A DNA stretch of 48,613 nucleotides from Rhodospirillaceae bacterium (GTDB lineage Bacteria > Pseudomonadota > Gammaproteobacteria > Steroidobacterales > Rariloculaceae). The notes under the pieces were generated by a model. That model was not told the origin of the DNA. It made no database searches and saw only the letters and a program-made list of their open reading frames with translations. The DNA is taken from contig JAHEEM010000002.1 in NCBI GenBank assembly GCA_024640695.1, forward strand, positions 1 to 48,613, written 5' to 3'. The translations under genes and the position numbers were made by a program. Numbering within the stretch: position 1 is the first letter of the stretch; every line of letters starts with the position of its first letter. Of the stretch, positions 41,331-48,613 are shown piece after piece.

Positions 41331-42875
41331 ATGCGACGTGCCGCAGCCCTTTCCGCGGCCTTGCTCTGCGCGTGCCAGGCACCGTCACCGGAAACGAACG
41401 TCGATGTCGTCGCAGCCGAGCAAGCCCGCCCGATCAGGGTCATCACCTCCGGCGGCTTCACGGCTGCGTTCGACATTCTCGCGCCGATCTTCGAGCAGGC
41501 AACCGGCATCGAGATAATCACGGCCCACGGCTCGTCGATGGGCGGCGGTCCGTCGTCGATGCCGGTGCGCCTGGCACAAGGCGAGGCCGCAGATCTGCTG
41601 ATCTTCAATGACCAAGCATTCGATGATCTCAGCGCTGCAGGCTATCTTAAGCCGGATACGCGCGTCGATCTCGGCGAGTCGGTCATCGGCATGTCGGTGC
41701 GCAGCGGCGCGCCGAAGCCCGACATCGGCACGCGGGAAGCATTTATAGAGACCCTGCTCGCCGCCGAGTCGATCGGTTATTCAGCGAGCGTCAGCGGCAC
41801 GTATCTTTCGACTGTCGGGTTCCCCGCGCTCGGGGTCTGGGAGCAGATCGAGCCAAAGACCAAGCGTATTGTGACCGAGCGCGTCGCGAGTGCCGTTGCG
41901 CGCGGTGAGGTCGAGATCGGCTTCCAGGCGGTCAGCGAAATCCTCGCAATCGAGGGCGCCGATTTCGTCGGCCTGATCCCTGAAGAGATTCAGCAAGTCT
42001 CGACCTTTCTCGTTGTTGTCGCCGAGCGCACGGACAATCTGGAAGGTGCCGGCAAGCTCATCGATTTTCTATCCTCCCCGGCCGTGGCAGGGATCATCGA
42101 GTCGACGGGCTTGAGACCGGCGGTACGCGGCAGTGTCGCATCCGTGCCGGGCCAAGCCGGCGCGGTCAAGGTCATCACCTCCGGCGGCTTCACGGCGGCG
42201 TTCAATATTCTCGGACCGATTTATCAGCAGGCGACCGGTGTTCAGGTGACGACCGAATACGGTTCGTCGATGGGCGGTGGACCTGAGTCGATTGCCACAC
42301 GCCTCGCCCGTGGCGAGACGGCCGATATTCTCATCATGAACAGGCCGCCACTCGACGATCTCGCCGCTGGAGGGACGATACGCCCGGATACGCGCGTCGA
42401 CCTAGGCCGTTCGCTGATCGGCATGGCGGTGCGCAGCGGCGCACCGAAGCCCGACATCAGTTCCCGGGAAGCTTTGATCGAGACCTTGCTCGCAGCCGAG
42501 TCGATCGGTTACTCCGCCAGCGTCAGCGGCACGCGCCTGTCGACCGAGGTATTCCCGAGCCTAGGCATCTGGGAGCAGATCGAGCCGAAGACCAAACGCA
42601 TCGTGACGGAGCGCGTCGCGAGCGTCGTCGCCCGCGGCGAGGTCGAAATCGGCTTTCAGCAGATCAGCGCGATCCTACCCATCGAGGGCGCGGACTTCGC
42701 CGGCACGATACCGGATGAGCTACAAGAGATTGCGTTTTTCTCGGCCGGAATCATGCAGGACGCTGCGAATCTCGAAAACGCTCAGCGTCTCGTCGAGTTC
42801 CTCTCGTCCGCAGCTGCCGCGCCCGTCATCGAGTCGACCGGGCTCACGCCGGTCATCGCCGCGTGGACACCCTGA
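41331..42875 (+). CDS. Lipoprotein with two tandem ModA-like (SBP_bac_11) / aconitate-isomerase-like domains
   Basis: Lipobox LLCA/C; two copies of VITSGGF..SSMGGGP..RVDLG..VRSGAPKPDI..YSASVSGT..VARGEVEIGFQ; start set at ATG 41331. Confidence 0.88.
   Translation: MRRAAALSAALLCACQAPSPETNVDVVAAEQARPIRVITSGGFTAAFDILAPIFEQATGIEIITAHGSSMGGGPSSMPVRLAQGEAADLLIFNDQAFDDLSAAGYLKPDTRVDLGESVIGMSVRSGAPKPDIGTREAFIETLLAAESIGYSASVSGTYLSTVGFPALGVWEQIEPKTKRIVTERVASAVARGEVEIGFQAVSEILAIEGADFVGLIPEEIQQVSTFLVVVAERTDNLEGAGKLIDFLSSPAVAGIIESTGLRPAVRGSVASVPGQAGAVKVITSGGFTAAFNILGPIYQQATGVQVTTEYGSSMGGGPESIATRLARGETADILIMNRPPLDDLAAGGTIRPDTRVDLGRSLIGMAVRSGAPKPDISSREALIETLLAAESIGYSASVSGTRLSTEVFPSLGIWEQIEPKTKRIVTERVASVVARGEVEIGFQQISAILPIEGADFAGTIPDELQEIAFFSAGIMQDAANLENAQRLVEFLSSAAAAPVIESTGLTPVIAAWTP
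41439..42852 (+). repeat. Intragenic tandem duplication with a 732-nt period
   Basis: GTCATCACCTCCGGCGGCTTCACGGC occurs at 41439 and 42171; other shared blocks include CCGGATACGCGCGTCGA and TGGGAGCAGATCGAGCC. Confidence 0.92.
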
Positions 42876-42890
42876 ACCCTCGGCAGGGCA

Positions 42891-43265
42891 CTACTGAATC
42901 CGCTTCTCCTCGCCGTTCGGGAGCGCGATCGTCAACAACCGCAGCAGCGGGCGACCGTCACGCGTCGGGTTGCCGACGGCCGAAATCCGGTCACCGAGTT
43001 TCAGTGTTTCAGGCGTCAGACCCCTGCGAATGAGCTGCCCCGGCGAGGTCGTCTCCAGCTCCCACTCAACCACTGTGCCGCTCTCGTCGGTCACATCGAG
43101 CCGGATATACGCATGCGGTGCAATGAACTGAAACTCGCTGACGACACCTTCCACGGCGATAGTCTGCGCAGGATCAAACAAAACGCCAAAGGAATGATGC
43201 GCCTGAGCAGCATAGGTACTGCCAAGAAGCCCAACGCAGACGGTCAACGATCGGATTAAAGCCAT
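42891..43265 (-). CDS. DUF6152-like periplasmic protein
   Basis: Signal peptide AAQA/HHSF..FD, VEGVV..APHA..WELE..LKLGDRI; SD GAGGT before ATG 43265. Confidence 0.85.
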   Translation of the reverse strand: MALIRSLTVCVGLLGSTYAAQAHHSFGVLFDPAQTIAVEGVVSEFQFIAPHAYIRLDVTDESGTVVEWELETTSPGQLIRRGLTPETLKLGDRISAVGNPTRDGRPLLRLLTIALPNGEEKRIQ

Positions 43266-43487
43266 GCCTACCTCAAAGAATCGGCTGTCCGCAGATTCGC
43301 CAGTCGACTCGGAGACCATTGTGTCCGGAGCCGTTACCTCGGACACAGCAGATTCTAACCGAACCAACCCGAACCCCGTCCCCGCAAATCTTCCATAAGG
43401 GCTCGCCGGCGAGAATTCTGCGCTAGAGTGGCGCGTCCCCGATGCGAGACAGTTAAGCTGTCAACAGTGAGGAGTTTGTCTTTCGCG

Positions 43488-44027
43488 ATGAGCCCGAAGC
43501 CGCCCGACATCCTGCGCAAGTCCCACCGGCACACCGATCGCAAGGAGCGCGCGACGGCTAAGGAGCGGCTCCGCGACGAGGCTGTCACCGCTACCGAGGA
43601 ACTCGAGACTCAGCGCATCTATTCCGGACGGTGCAGCTGCGGCGCGATCGGCTACCGCTATTTCTCCGCTCTTCCGCCGGCCGAATGGACCGTGCGCGCG
43701 TGTCAGTGCTCGTTCTGCCGCCGTCGTGACGCCGCATGCACATCGGACCCGGACGGCTCCGTCGAGATTCTCATCGACGATCCGGCGGCTCTCGAGCGCC
43801 ATCGCTTCGATCTGGAGACTGCGGACTTTCTGCTCTGCCGGCACTGTGGCGACTATCTAGCGGCCGTGATTCAGACAGAGCACGGCGAGCGCGCGACCGT
43901 GAACCTCGCGCGCCTCGAAGCGCCGCCGCAAGACCTGCCCGAGCCACAATCCATCAGCTACGCGGCAGAAACTCGCGCAGAGCGGATGCGCCGGCGCCAG
44001 ACCTGCTGGACGCCGGTCCGCGCTTAG
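43488..44027 (+). CDS. GFA/CENP-V family Zn protein with a charged N-terminal extension
   Basis: GRCSCG, ACQCSFC and CRHCG; start set at ATG 43488. Confidence 0.85.
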   Translation: MSPKPPDILRKSHRHTDRKERATAKERLRDEAVTATEELETQRIYSGRCSCGAIGYRYFSALPPAEWTVRACQCSFCRRRDAACTSDPDGSVEILIDDPAALERHRFDLETADFLLCRHCGDYLAAVIQTEHGERATVNLARLEAPPQDLPEPQSISYAAETRAERMRRRQTCWTPVRA

Positions 44028-44137
44028 CCCACGCCGATCCCGAGAATGATTCGACGCAGATCCTGCGTCTAAGAAGACATTGCCTCGTCCGCAACAGCCA
44101 GGAACCGAGGCCCTACAGACAAGGATCGCTGAGCCTC

Positions 44138-45166
44138 GTGAGCGGTATTTCCAACGCCAAGCATGTCGTTTTAGCCGCGCTCGCCCTGCTGCTATGCTCG
44201 GCCGGCTTGGAGCTGGGCGGGATCGATTTCCGGCTGCAGTCGCTGCTCTTCGACGCCGCCAGACAGCAGTGGATTTGGAGCGGCGCGGAGCCAATTACAC
44301 GCCTGCTGCTCTACGATGGACCCAAACGCGTGCTGTTGGTGGCCTTGACAGGCCTCGCCCTGAGTCTGCTGCTACACCGGTTCCTGCCCTACATGCCGCG
44401 TTATGCGCGCGGTATCAGAATCCTGTTCCTGTCCCTCATTCTCGTCCCTGCCTCAGTGTCGGGATTAAAGGCGGCGACGAACGTCGCCTGCCCGAAAGCG
44501 CTGACCGACTTCGGCGGCGCGGTCACCTATGTCGGCATCCTGGAGCGCTACCCCCCGGACGCGAGACCTGCGGCACGGCAGGAGTGCTTTCCGGCCGCGC
44601 ATGCGAGCGGCGGATTCGCGCTGCTCGCTTTGTTTTTCTTGTTCGGGTCGCCGCGCAATCGACGGCGCGCGATCTATGTCGGCTTAGGCGCCGGCTGGGT
44701 CATGGGCGGCTACAAAATCGCAATCGGAGATCACTTCCTAAGTCATACGGTCGTATCGATGCTCTGGGCCTGGCTCGTGATCAATCTCATCGTTATCGGC
44801 GACGACCGGCTCCATCGGGACGATGCTGGAGCGCAGCGCCTATCGACCCGCTTACGCATGCGCGCAGCGCTCTCCGGTTTGCGACTAAGCTCGCGGCGAC
44901 TCGGGTCTATTCGAACGTGGCCAAGGTCCTCAGCGGCAGGCCGCACTCAGTTTCCGCCCGGACAGGCGCGCAAACTGGCAGCTAGTCCGCGTGACGCAAA
45001 GGTTATGCCAGTGGCTTCTCTTCGCGGCGGCGGCAAGTTTTTCCGAAATGCCGAGGCAAGTCGCCTCAGCCTGATGCGCCCGGGCGCTAGTCATGGTCCA
45101 GCGTGGTGCCGCTCAGCACTTATCCCAGATGCGAATCAGACCCTCTTGGGCGGTGGAGGCAACTAG
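44138..45166 (+). CDS. PAP2 family membrane phosphatase; C-terminus probably a read-through
   Basis: C1 LKAATNVACP, C2 CFPAAHASGG, C3 IGDHFLSHT. The family-like part ends near 44815 and the ORF overlaps tesB by 54 nt; start uncertain. Confidence 0.8.
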   Translation: MSGISNAKHVVLAALALLLCSAGLELGGIDFRLQSLLFDAARQQWIWSGAEPITRLLLYDGPKRVLLVALTGLALSLLLHRFLPYMPRYARGIRILFLSLILVPASVSGLKAATNVACPKALTDFGGAVTYVGILERYPPDARPAARQECFPAAHASGGFALLALFFLFGSPRNRRRAIYVGLGAGWVMGGYKIAIGDHFLSHTVVSMLWAWLVINLIVIGDDRLHRDDAGAQRLSTRLRMRAALSGLRLSSRRLGSIRTWPRSSAAGRTQFPPGQARKLAASPRDAKVMPVASLRGGGKFFRNAEASRLSLMRPGASHGPAWCRSALIPDANQTLLGGGGN

Positions 45167-45976
45167 CTCGCCGGCGGCGGTAAAGAACCGGCCGAAGGCC
45201 AAGCCGCGTGCGCCCGAAGCATTCGGGCTGACCATTGAATAAAGCAACCAATCGTCGATTCGAAACGGACGGTGAAACCACATCGCATGGTCGAGGCTCG
45301 CCATCTGCACATTACCCTGCTCCCAATGTATGCCATGCGGCAAAGTCGCCGTGCCGAGCAACTGATAGTCGGCAACATAGGCCAATAAATTGCGATGAAG
45401 GTCGGGATTATCGGGCAGCCGGTCGACCGTCTTGAACCATAGATGGCGCACCGGGTCTCGCGGCGATGCCGACAACAGATCGACCCCCTCGACGGGCCGC
45501 ATTTCAAACGGCCGCTCGCGGGTAAGAAAACGCCGTAACCCCTCGGGAATCGAGCTCGCCCTATCACCCGTAAGCTCACGCAAATCCATGAGGTCATCGG
45601 GCCCGGGCACGTCGGGCATTGATGCCTGATGATCGAGCCCCTGCTCCGGCTTCTGAAACGATGCCGCCATGTTGAAAATCGGGCGGCCGTGCTGGATCGC
45701 CACGACACGCCGGCTACTGAAGCTACTACCGTCGCGCGCGCGATCGACCTCGAAAATGATCGGCGCCTTCACATCACCGGCGCGTAAGAAATACGCGTGC
45801 AGGGAATGCGCCTCGCGCCCCTCGACGGTGTAGCTCGCAGCAGAGAGCGCCTGGCCGAGCACCTGACCACCGAACACGCGCTTGCTGCCGATGTCGCGGC
45901 TCTCCCCACGAAAGATGTTCTCCTCGATCCGCTCGAGCTCGAGAAGGGTCAAGAGATCGGCGAGTAGAGCCTGCAC
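45113..45976 (-). CDS. tesB: Acyl-CoA thioesterase II
   Basis: VFGGQVLGQAL, HSLHAYFLR, ASLDHAMWFH and STAQEGLIR. Confidence 0.96.
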   Translation of the reverse strand: MQALLADLLTLLELERIEENIFRGESRDIGSKRVFGGQVLGQALSAASYTVEGREAHSLHAYFLRAGDVKAPIIFEVDRARDGSSFSSRRVVAIQHGRPIFNMAASFQKPEQGLDHQASMPDVPGPDDLMDLRELTGDRASSIPEGLRRFLTRERPFEMRPVEGVDLLSASPRDPVRHLWFKTVDRLPDNPDLHRNLLAYVADYQLLGTATLPHGIHWEQGNVQMASLDHAMWFHRPFRIDDWLLYSMVSPNASGARGLAFGRFFTAAGELVASTAQEGLIRIWDKC

Positions 45977-45987
45977 GCCGCGCTGAC

Positions 45988-46857
45988 CTAGTCGCGGTTA
46001 AGCCGCGCGATCAGGCTCGACGTATCCCAGCGCCGTCCGCCCATGCCGACGACATCCGCGTAGAATTGATCGACGAGCGCGGCGACGGGAAGCTCCGCGC
46101 CGTTCTTGCGCGCCTCGTCGAGACAGATCCGAAGATCCTTGCGCATCCACTCGACCGCGAAACCGAAGTCGAACTCGTCATCTGCCATCGTGCGCCAACG
46201 ATTCTCCATCTGCCAGGATTGTGCCGCGCCTTTGGAGATCACCTCGACGACCGTCTCGATATCCAGCCCCGCACACTGGCCGAAGTTCAATGCCTCGGCG
46301 AGCCCCTGCACGACACCCGCTATGGCGATCTGGTTGACCATTTTGGTCAACTGACCCGATCCTGACGGCCCGATCAGGCGCTGCGTCTTCGCATAACAAC
46401 CGAGCAAAGGCTCGGCCCGGGCGAAGCCTTCCTCGGTGCCGCCGACCATAATGGTTAACGCGCCGTTCTCGGCGCCGGCCTGGCCGCCCGATACGGGCGC
46501 ATCCAGGCAGATGATATCTAGTGCCATCCCGGCCGCGGCGATCTCGCGCGCAAGCCCCGCCGAGGCAGTGGTGTGGTCGACATACAGACTGCCAGGGCGC
46601 ATCGACTCGAGCACACCGCCCGGCGCGAGCACGACCTCGCGCACGTCCGGGTCATCGCCGAGGCAAGTAAAGACCGCGTCGGCTTGCCCCACAGCTTCGG
46701 CGAGCGTAACCGCCTGCCGGCCCTGGTATTGGGCGCACCAACGTTCGGCCTTCGCAGCGCTGCGATTAAAAACTGTGACGCTATGGCCGCCTTGACTGAG
46801 CCAACCGGCCATCGGATAGCCCATGACTCCCAGACCGAGAAATGTAACGTTTTTCAC
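45988..46857 (-). CDS. NAD(P)-dependent beta-hydroxyacid dehydrogenase (3-hydroxyisobutyrate DH family)
   Basis: FLGLGVMGYPMA, DAPVSGG, GQLTKMVNQ and KDL; start set at GTG 46857. Confidence 0.92.
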   Translation of the reverse strand: MKNVTFLGLGVMGYPMAGWLSQGGHSVTVFNRSAAKAERWCAQYQGRQAVTLAEAVGQADAVFTCLGDDPDVREVVLAPGGVLESMRPGSLYVDHTTASAGLAREIAAAGMALDIICLDAPVSGGQAGAENGALTIMVGGTEEGFARAEPLLGCYAKTQRLIGPSGSGQLTKMVNQIAIAGVVQGLAEALNFGQCAGLDIETVVEVISKGAAQSWQMENRWRTMADDEFDFGFAVEWMRKDLRICLDEARKNGAELPVAALVDQFYADVVGMGGRRWDTSSLIARLNRD

Positions 46858-46903
46858 CAAGAGTATTCCGCGCGGACGAACGCCCGCCTGCAAGTCGATT
46901 TCG

Positions 46904-47746
46904 CTACCTTAGCACCGCAGCCATGGCATCAGCAAAATCCGCAGCGCTCACCGATACCAAACCGTAAGCGAGCACCCAGAAGTAGGCGAGCAGGCGCACG
47001 AGCCTGATCGCCGCGTCGAGCTCGTCCGCGTCGAAAGGAGTGCGCTCGCCCGCATAGTACGAGGCAACAAGCCGCGCGCGTTCGTCGGCACCCAGCTCAT
47101 TGAGCCCTGCGAAACCAGCGAGATCCAGAATCGGCGCGCTTAAGCTCGCGTACTCGAAGTCGACGAGCCACAGCTGGCCGTCGTCGAGGACGTTGCTCGC
47201 GACGAGGTCGTTATGGCACGGCACCGCCGGAGGGAATCGCCTCTCGAAACCGGCAGCCAGCCGCAGAAGTTCATCGCGCCAGCGGCGCTGCTCCGGGCTC
47301 AGCACGATCCGCCCGGACGCGACGCGCGCATAGGTATCCGCTGCGGCTGCGACGGCGTAACGCTCGAGCTCAAGCTCGAGCGTATGCAGGCTTCTGAGTC
47401 GTGCCGCCATGCGATCGATGTTGCGCGGCTGCCGAGCCTGGGCGGCCGACCAAGGCTGCGCGTCCACCAGGAACTGCGTGACGACGAGACCGAGCTCGGG
47501 AGCGGTCTGAGCAACGGGCGGCGCAAGCCCGGCGGCAGCAACCCGCGCAAGCACGCGCTGCTCGGCAGCGCTTCCCAGGCAATGGCATCCCTCGTCGGGC
47601 ACGGGCATGCGCACCGCGTAGTCGAAGGCTGCGCCTGTCACCCGATAGCAGCGGCCATGCAGCCCGCCACTCAAGTGCGTGACAGCCAGCTCGCGGTCAC
47701 CAAAAGCCGCGCGCAGCAGATCAGCTTGGGTATCGGCCAAGTTCAT
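46904..47746 (-). CDS. Choline/aminoglycoside kinase-fold phosphotransferase (putative thiamine kinase)
   Basis: LSGGL loop, Brenner motif CHNDLVASN and LVDFEYA; ATG 47746 overlaps the pnuC stop. Confidence 0.85.
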   Translation of the reverse strand: MNLADTQADLLRAAFGDRELAVTHLSGGLHGRCYRVTGAAFDYAVRMPVPDEGCHCLGSAAEQRVLARVAAAGLAPPVAQTAPELGLVVTQFLVDAQPWSAAQARQPRNIDRMAARLRSLHTLELELERYAVAAAADTYARVASGRIVLSPEQRRWRDELLRLAAGFERRFPPAVPCHNDLVASNVLDDGQLWLVDFEYASLSAPILDLAGFAGLNELGADERARLVASYYAGERTPFDADELDAAIRLVRLLAYFWVLAYGLVSVSAADFADAMAAVLR

Positions 47747-48336
47747 AGTGTCCGCCACTCCAGCCACCAACGCCTGAACCCGACCACGATCAGGACGAGG
47801 TACAGCACGAACAGCGCTGCCGTGAGCTCGAGTCCGCGCGCCAGATAGACGTATATCGATACGCCATCGATGACGAACCAGTACAGCCAGTTCTCGAGCA
47901 CCTTGCGCGCGACCATATACGTCGTCACGACGGCTGCAGCGGTCGTGAACGCATCGACGTATGGGAACGCGGCGTCCGTATGACTCATGATCCAGCCAAT
48001 AGCTGCGCTCGCCCCTGCGATCGCGCCGAGCGTAACCACGTGCTGACGCGGCTGCCATGTGGTGATCTTCACGCCGGAATGGTTGGCACCTCCATACCTC
48101 CACTGCCGGTAACCATAAATTGCCATCGCCGCATAGAAAACCTGCAGCAGCGATTCCATATACAGTCGCGCTGCAAAAAATACGGCGAGATAGATCAGCG
48201 AGCTCAGGAACGCGGCAAGCCAGCAGAGAATGTTCTGCCGAATCGCCAGCACCAGATACGCGATGGCGAGCACCACGGCAACGGCTTCGGCTGCGGTGAA
48301 CTCGCGCAGGCCGTCGATGAGTTCAGCGACTGTCAT
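47743..48336 (-). CDS. pnuC: PnuC-family vitamin transporter (likely the thiamine-specific PnuT type)
   Basis: YLVLAIRQNILCW, PYVDAFTT and ARKVLENWLYWFVID. Confidence 0.92.
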   Translation of the reverse strand: MTVAELIDGLREFTAAEAVAVVLAIAYLVLAIRQNILCWLAAFLSSLIYLAVFFAARLYMESLLQVFYAAMAIYGYRQWRYGGANHSGVKITTWQPRQHVVTLGAIAGASAAIGWIMSHTDAAFPYVDAFTTAAAVVTTYMVARKVLENWLYWFVIDGVSIYVYLARGLELTAALFVLYLVLIVVGFRRWWLEWRTL

Positions 48337-48601
48337 CGAGATCGGGTGGCGCGCCGATCGGCAGATCGCTGTTCAAGAACTTTGCGACCAGAACTTGCGG
48401 TCTGCCCGAGACGAAGGACCGCCGCAACGCGCCGTGCACGCAACGCATCACGTCGTCAAGCTCGCCGCGGAGTTGCGTGCTCATCTGGTTGGCCACGATC
48501 TCGAGCCGGCCATCTTCGTCAATGCCGTCAATGAACGCCAGGATCACCGGAATTGGATCATCGTGCAGTGGGTAGAGGCTGAGCTCGGCTGTTACGCGCA
48601 T
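48323..48601 (-). CDS. YkoF-like thiamine/HMP-binding protein
   Basis: AELSLYPL..I..FI..NQMSTQLRGE; 92 aa; SD GAGG. Confidence 0.8.
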   Translation of the reverse strand: MRVTAELSLYPLHDDPIPVILAFIDGIDEDGRLEIVANQMSTQLRGELDDVMRCVHGALRRSFVSGRPQVLVAKFLNSDLPIGAPPDLDDSR

Positions 48602-48613
48602 GGCGGTCCTCAG

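Noticed and set aside
43736-44137. N-terminal extension of the 476-aa PAP2 ORF, and likewise the extensions of 46904-48103 and 35500-36498
   Set aside because: They overlap neighbouring genes in other frames and read as non-protein-like; starts were reassigned
48602-48613. TPP riboswitch for the thiamine operon
   Set aside because: Only 12 nt are visible upstream, so it cannot be supported from this window

Overview
GC-rich chromosomal segment of a gammaproteobacterium, made up mostly of housekeeping genes with two patchy accessory stretches. Positions 1-10.9 kb follow the Pseudomonas-type order pilW-rlmN-ndk-isc-trmJ-suhB-secF-secD-yajC-tgt-queA, but the isc locus is reduced to iscS, a Cys-degenerate iscU and iscA. 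An ECF sigma / anti-sigma / PDZ operon lies between queA and tRNA-Leu(CAA). A small accessory block follows the tRNA: DUF6152-like protein, SMP-30 lactonase, BKACE, an eroded racemase and a diheme cytochrome c. Next come dsbC-xerD, plsC, a Ttp/TonB2-type system with two ExbD, ETF-QO, and an acetoacetate-CoA ligase-zapE-gdhB-gpmA-SulP-gamma-CA run. A second accessory stretch holds a secreted hydrolase, a lipoprotein, gene remnants, a tandem ModA/aconitate-isomerase-like lipoprotein, a second DUF6152-like protein, GFA and PAP2. The window ends with tesB, a beta-hydroxyacid dehydrogenase and a ykoF-pnuC-kinase thiamine-salvage-like operon. I saw no phage, IS, CRISPR or defence system. The best candidates for undescribed biology are the minimal IscS/degenerate-IscU/IscA module, the two-domain Ais-like lipoprotein and the ECF/Zn-less anti-sigma/PDZ-only module. 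All family calls come from motif recognition and memory; no database searches were run.
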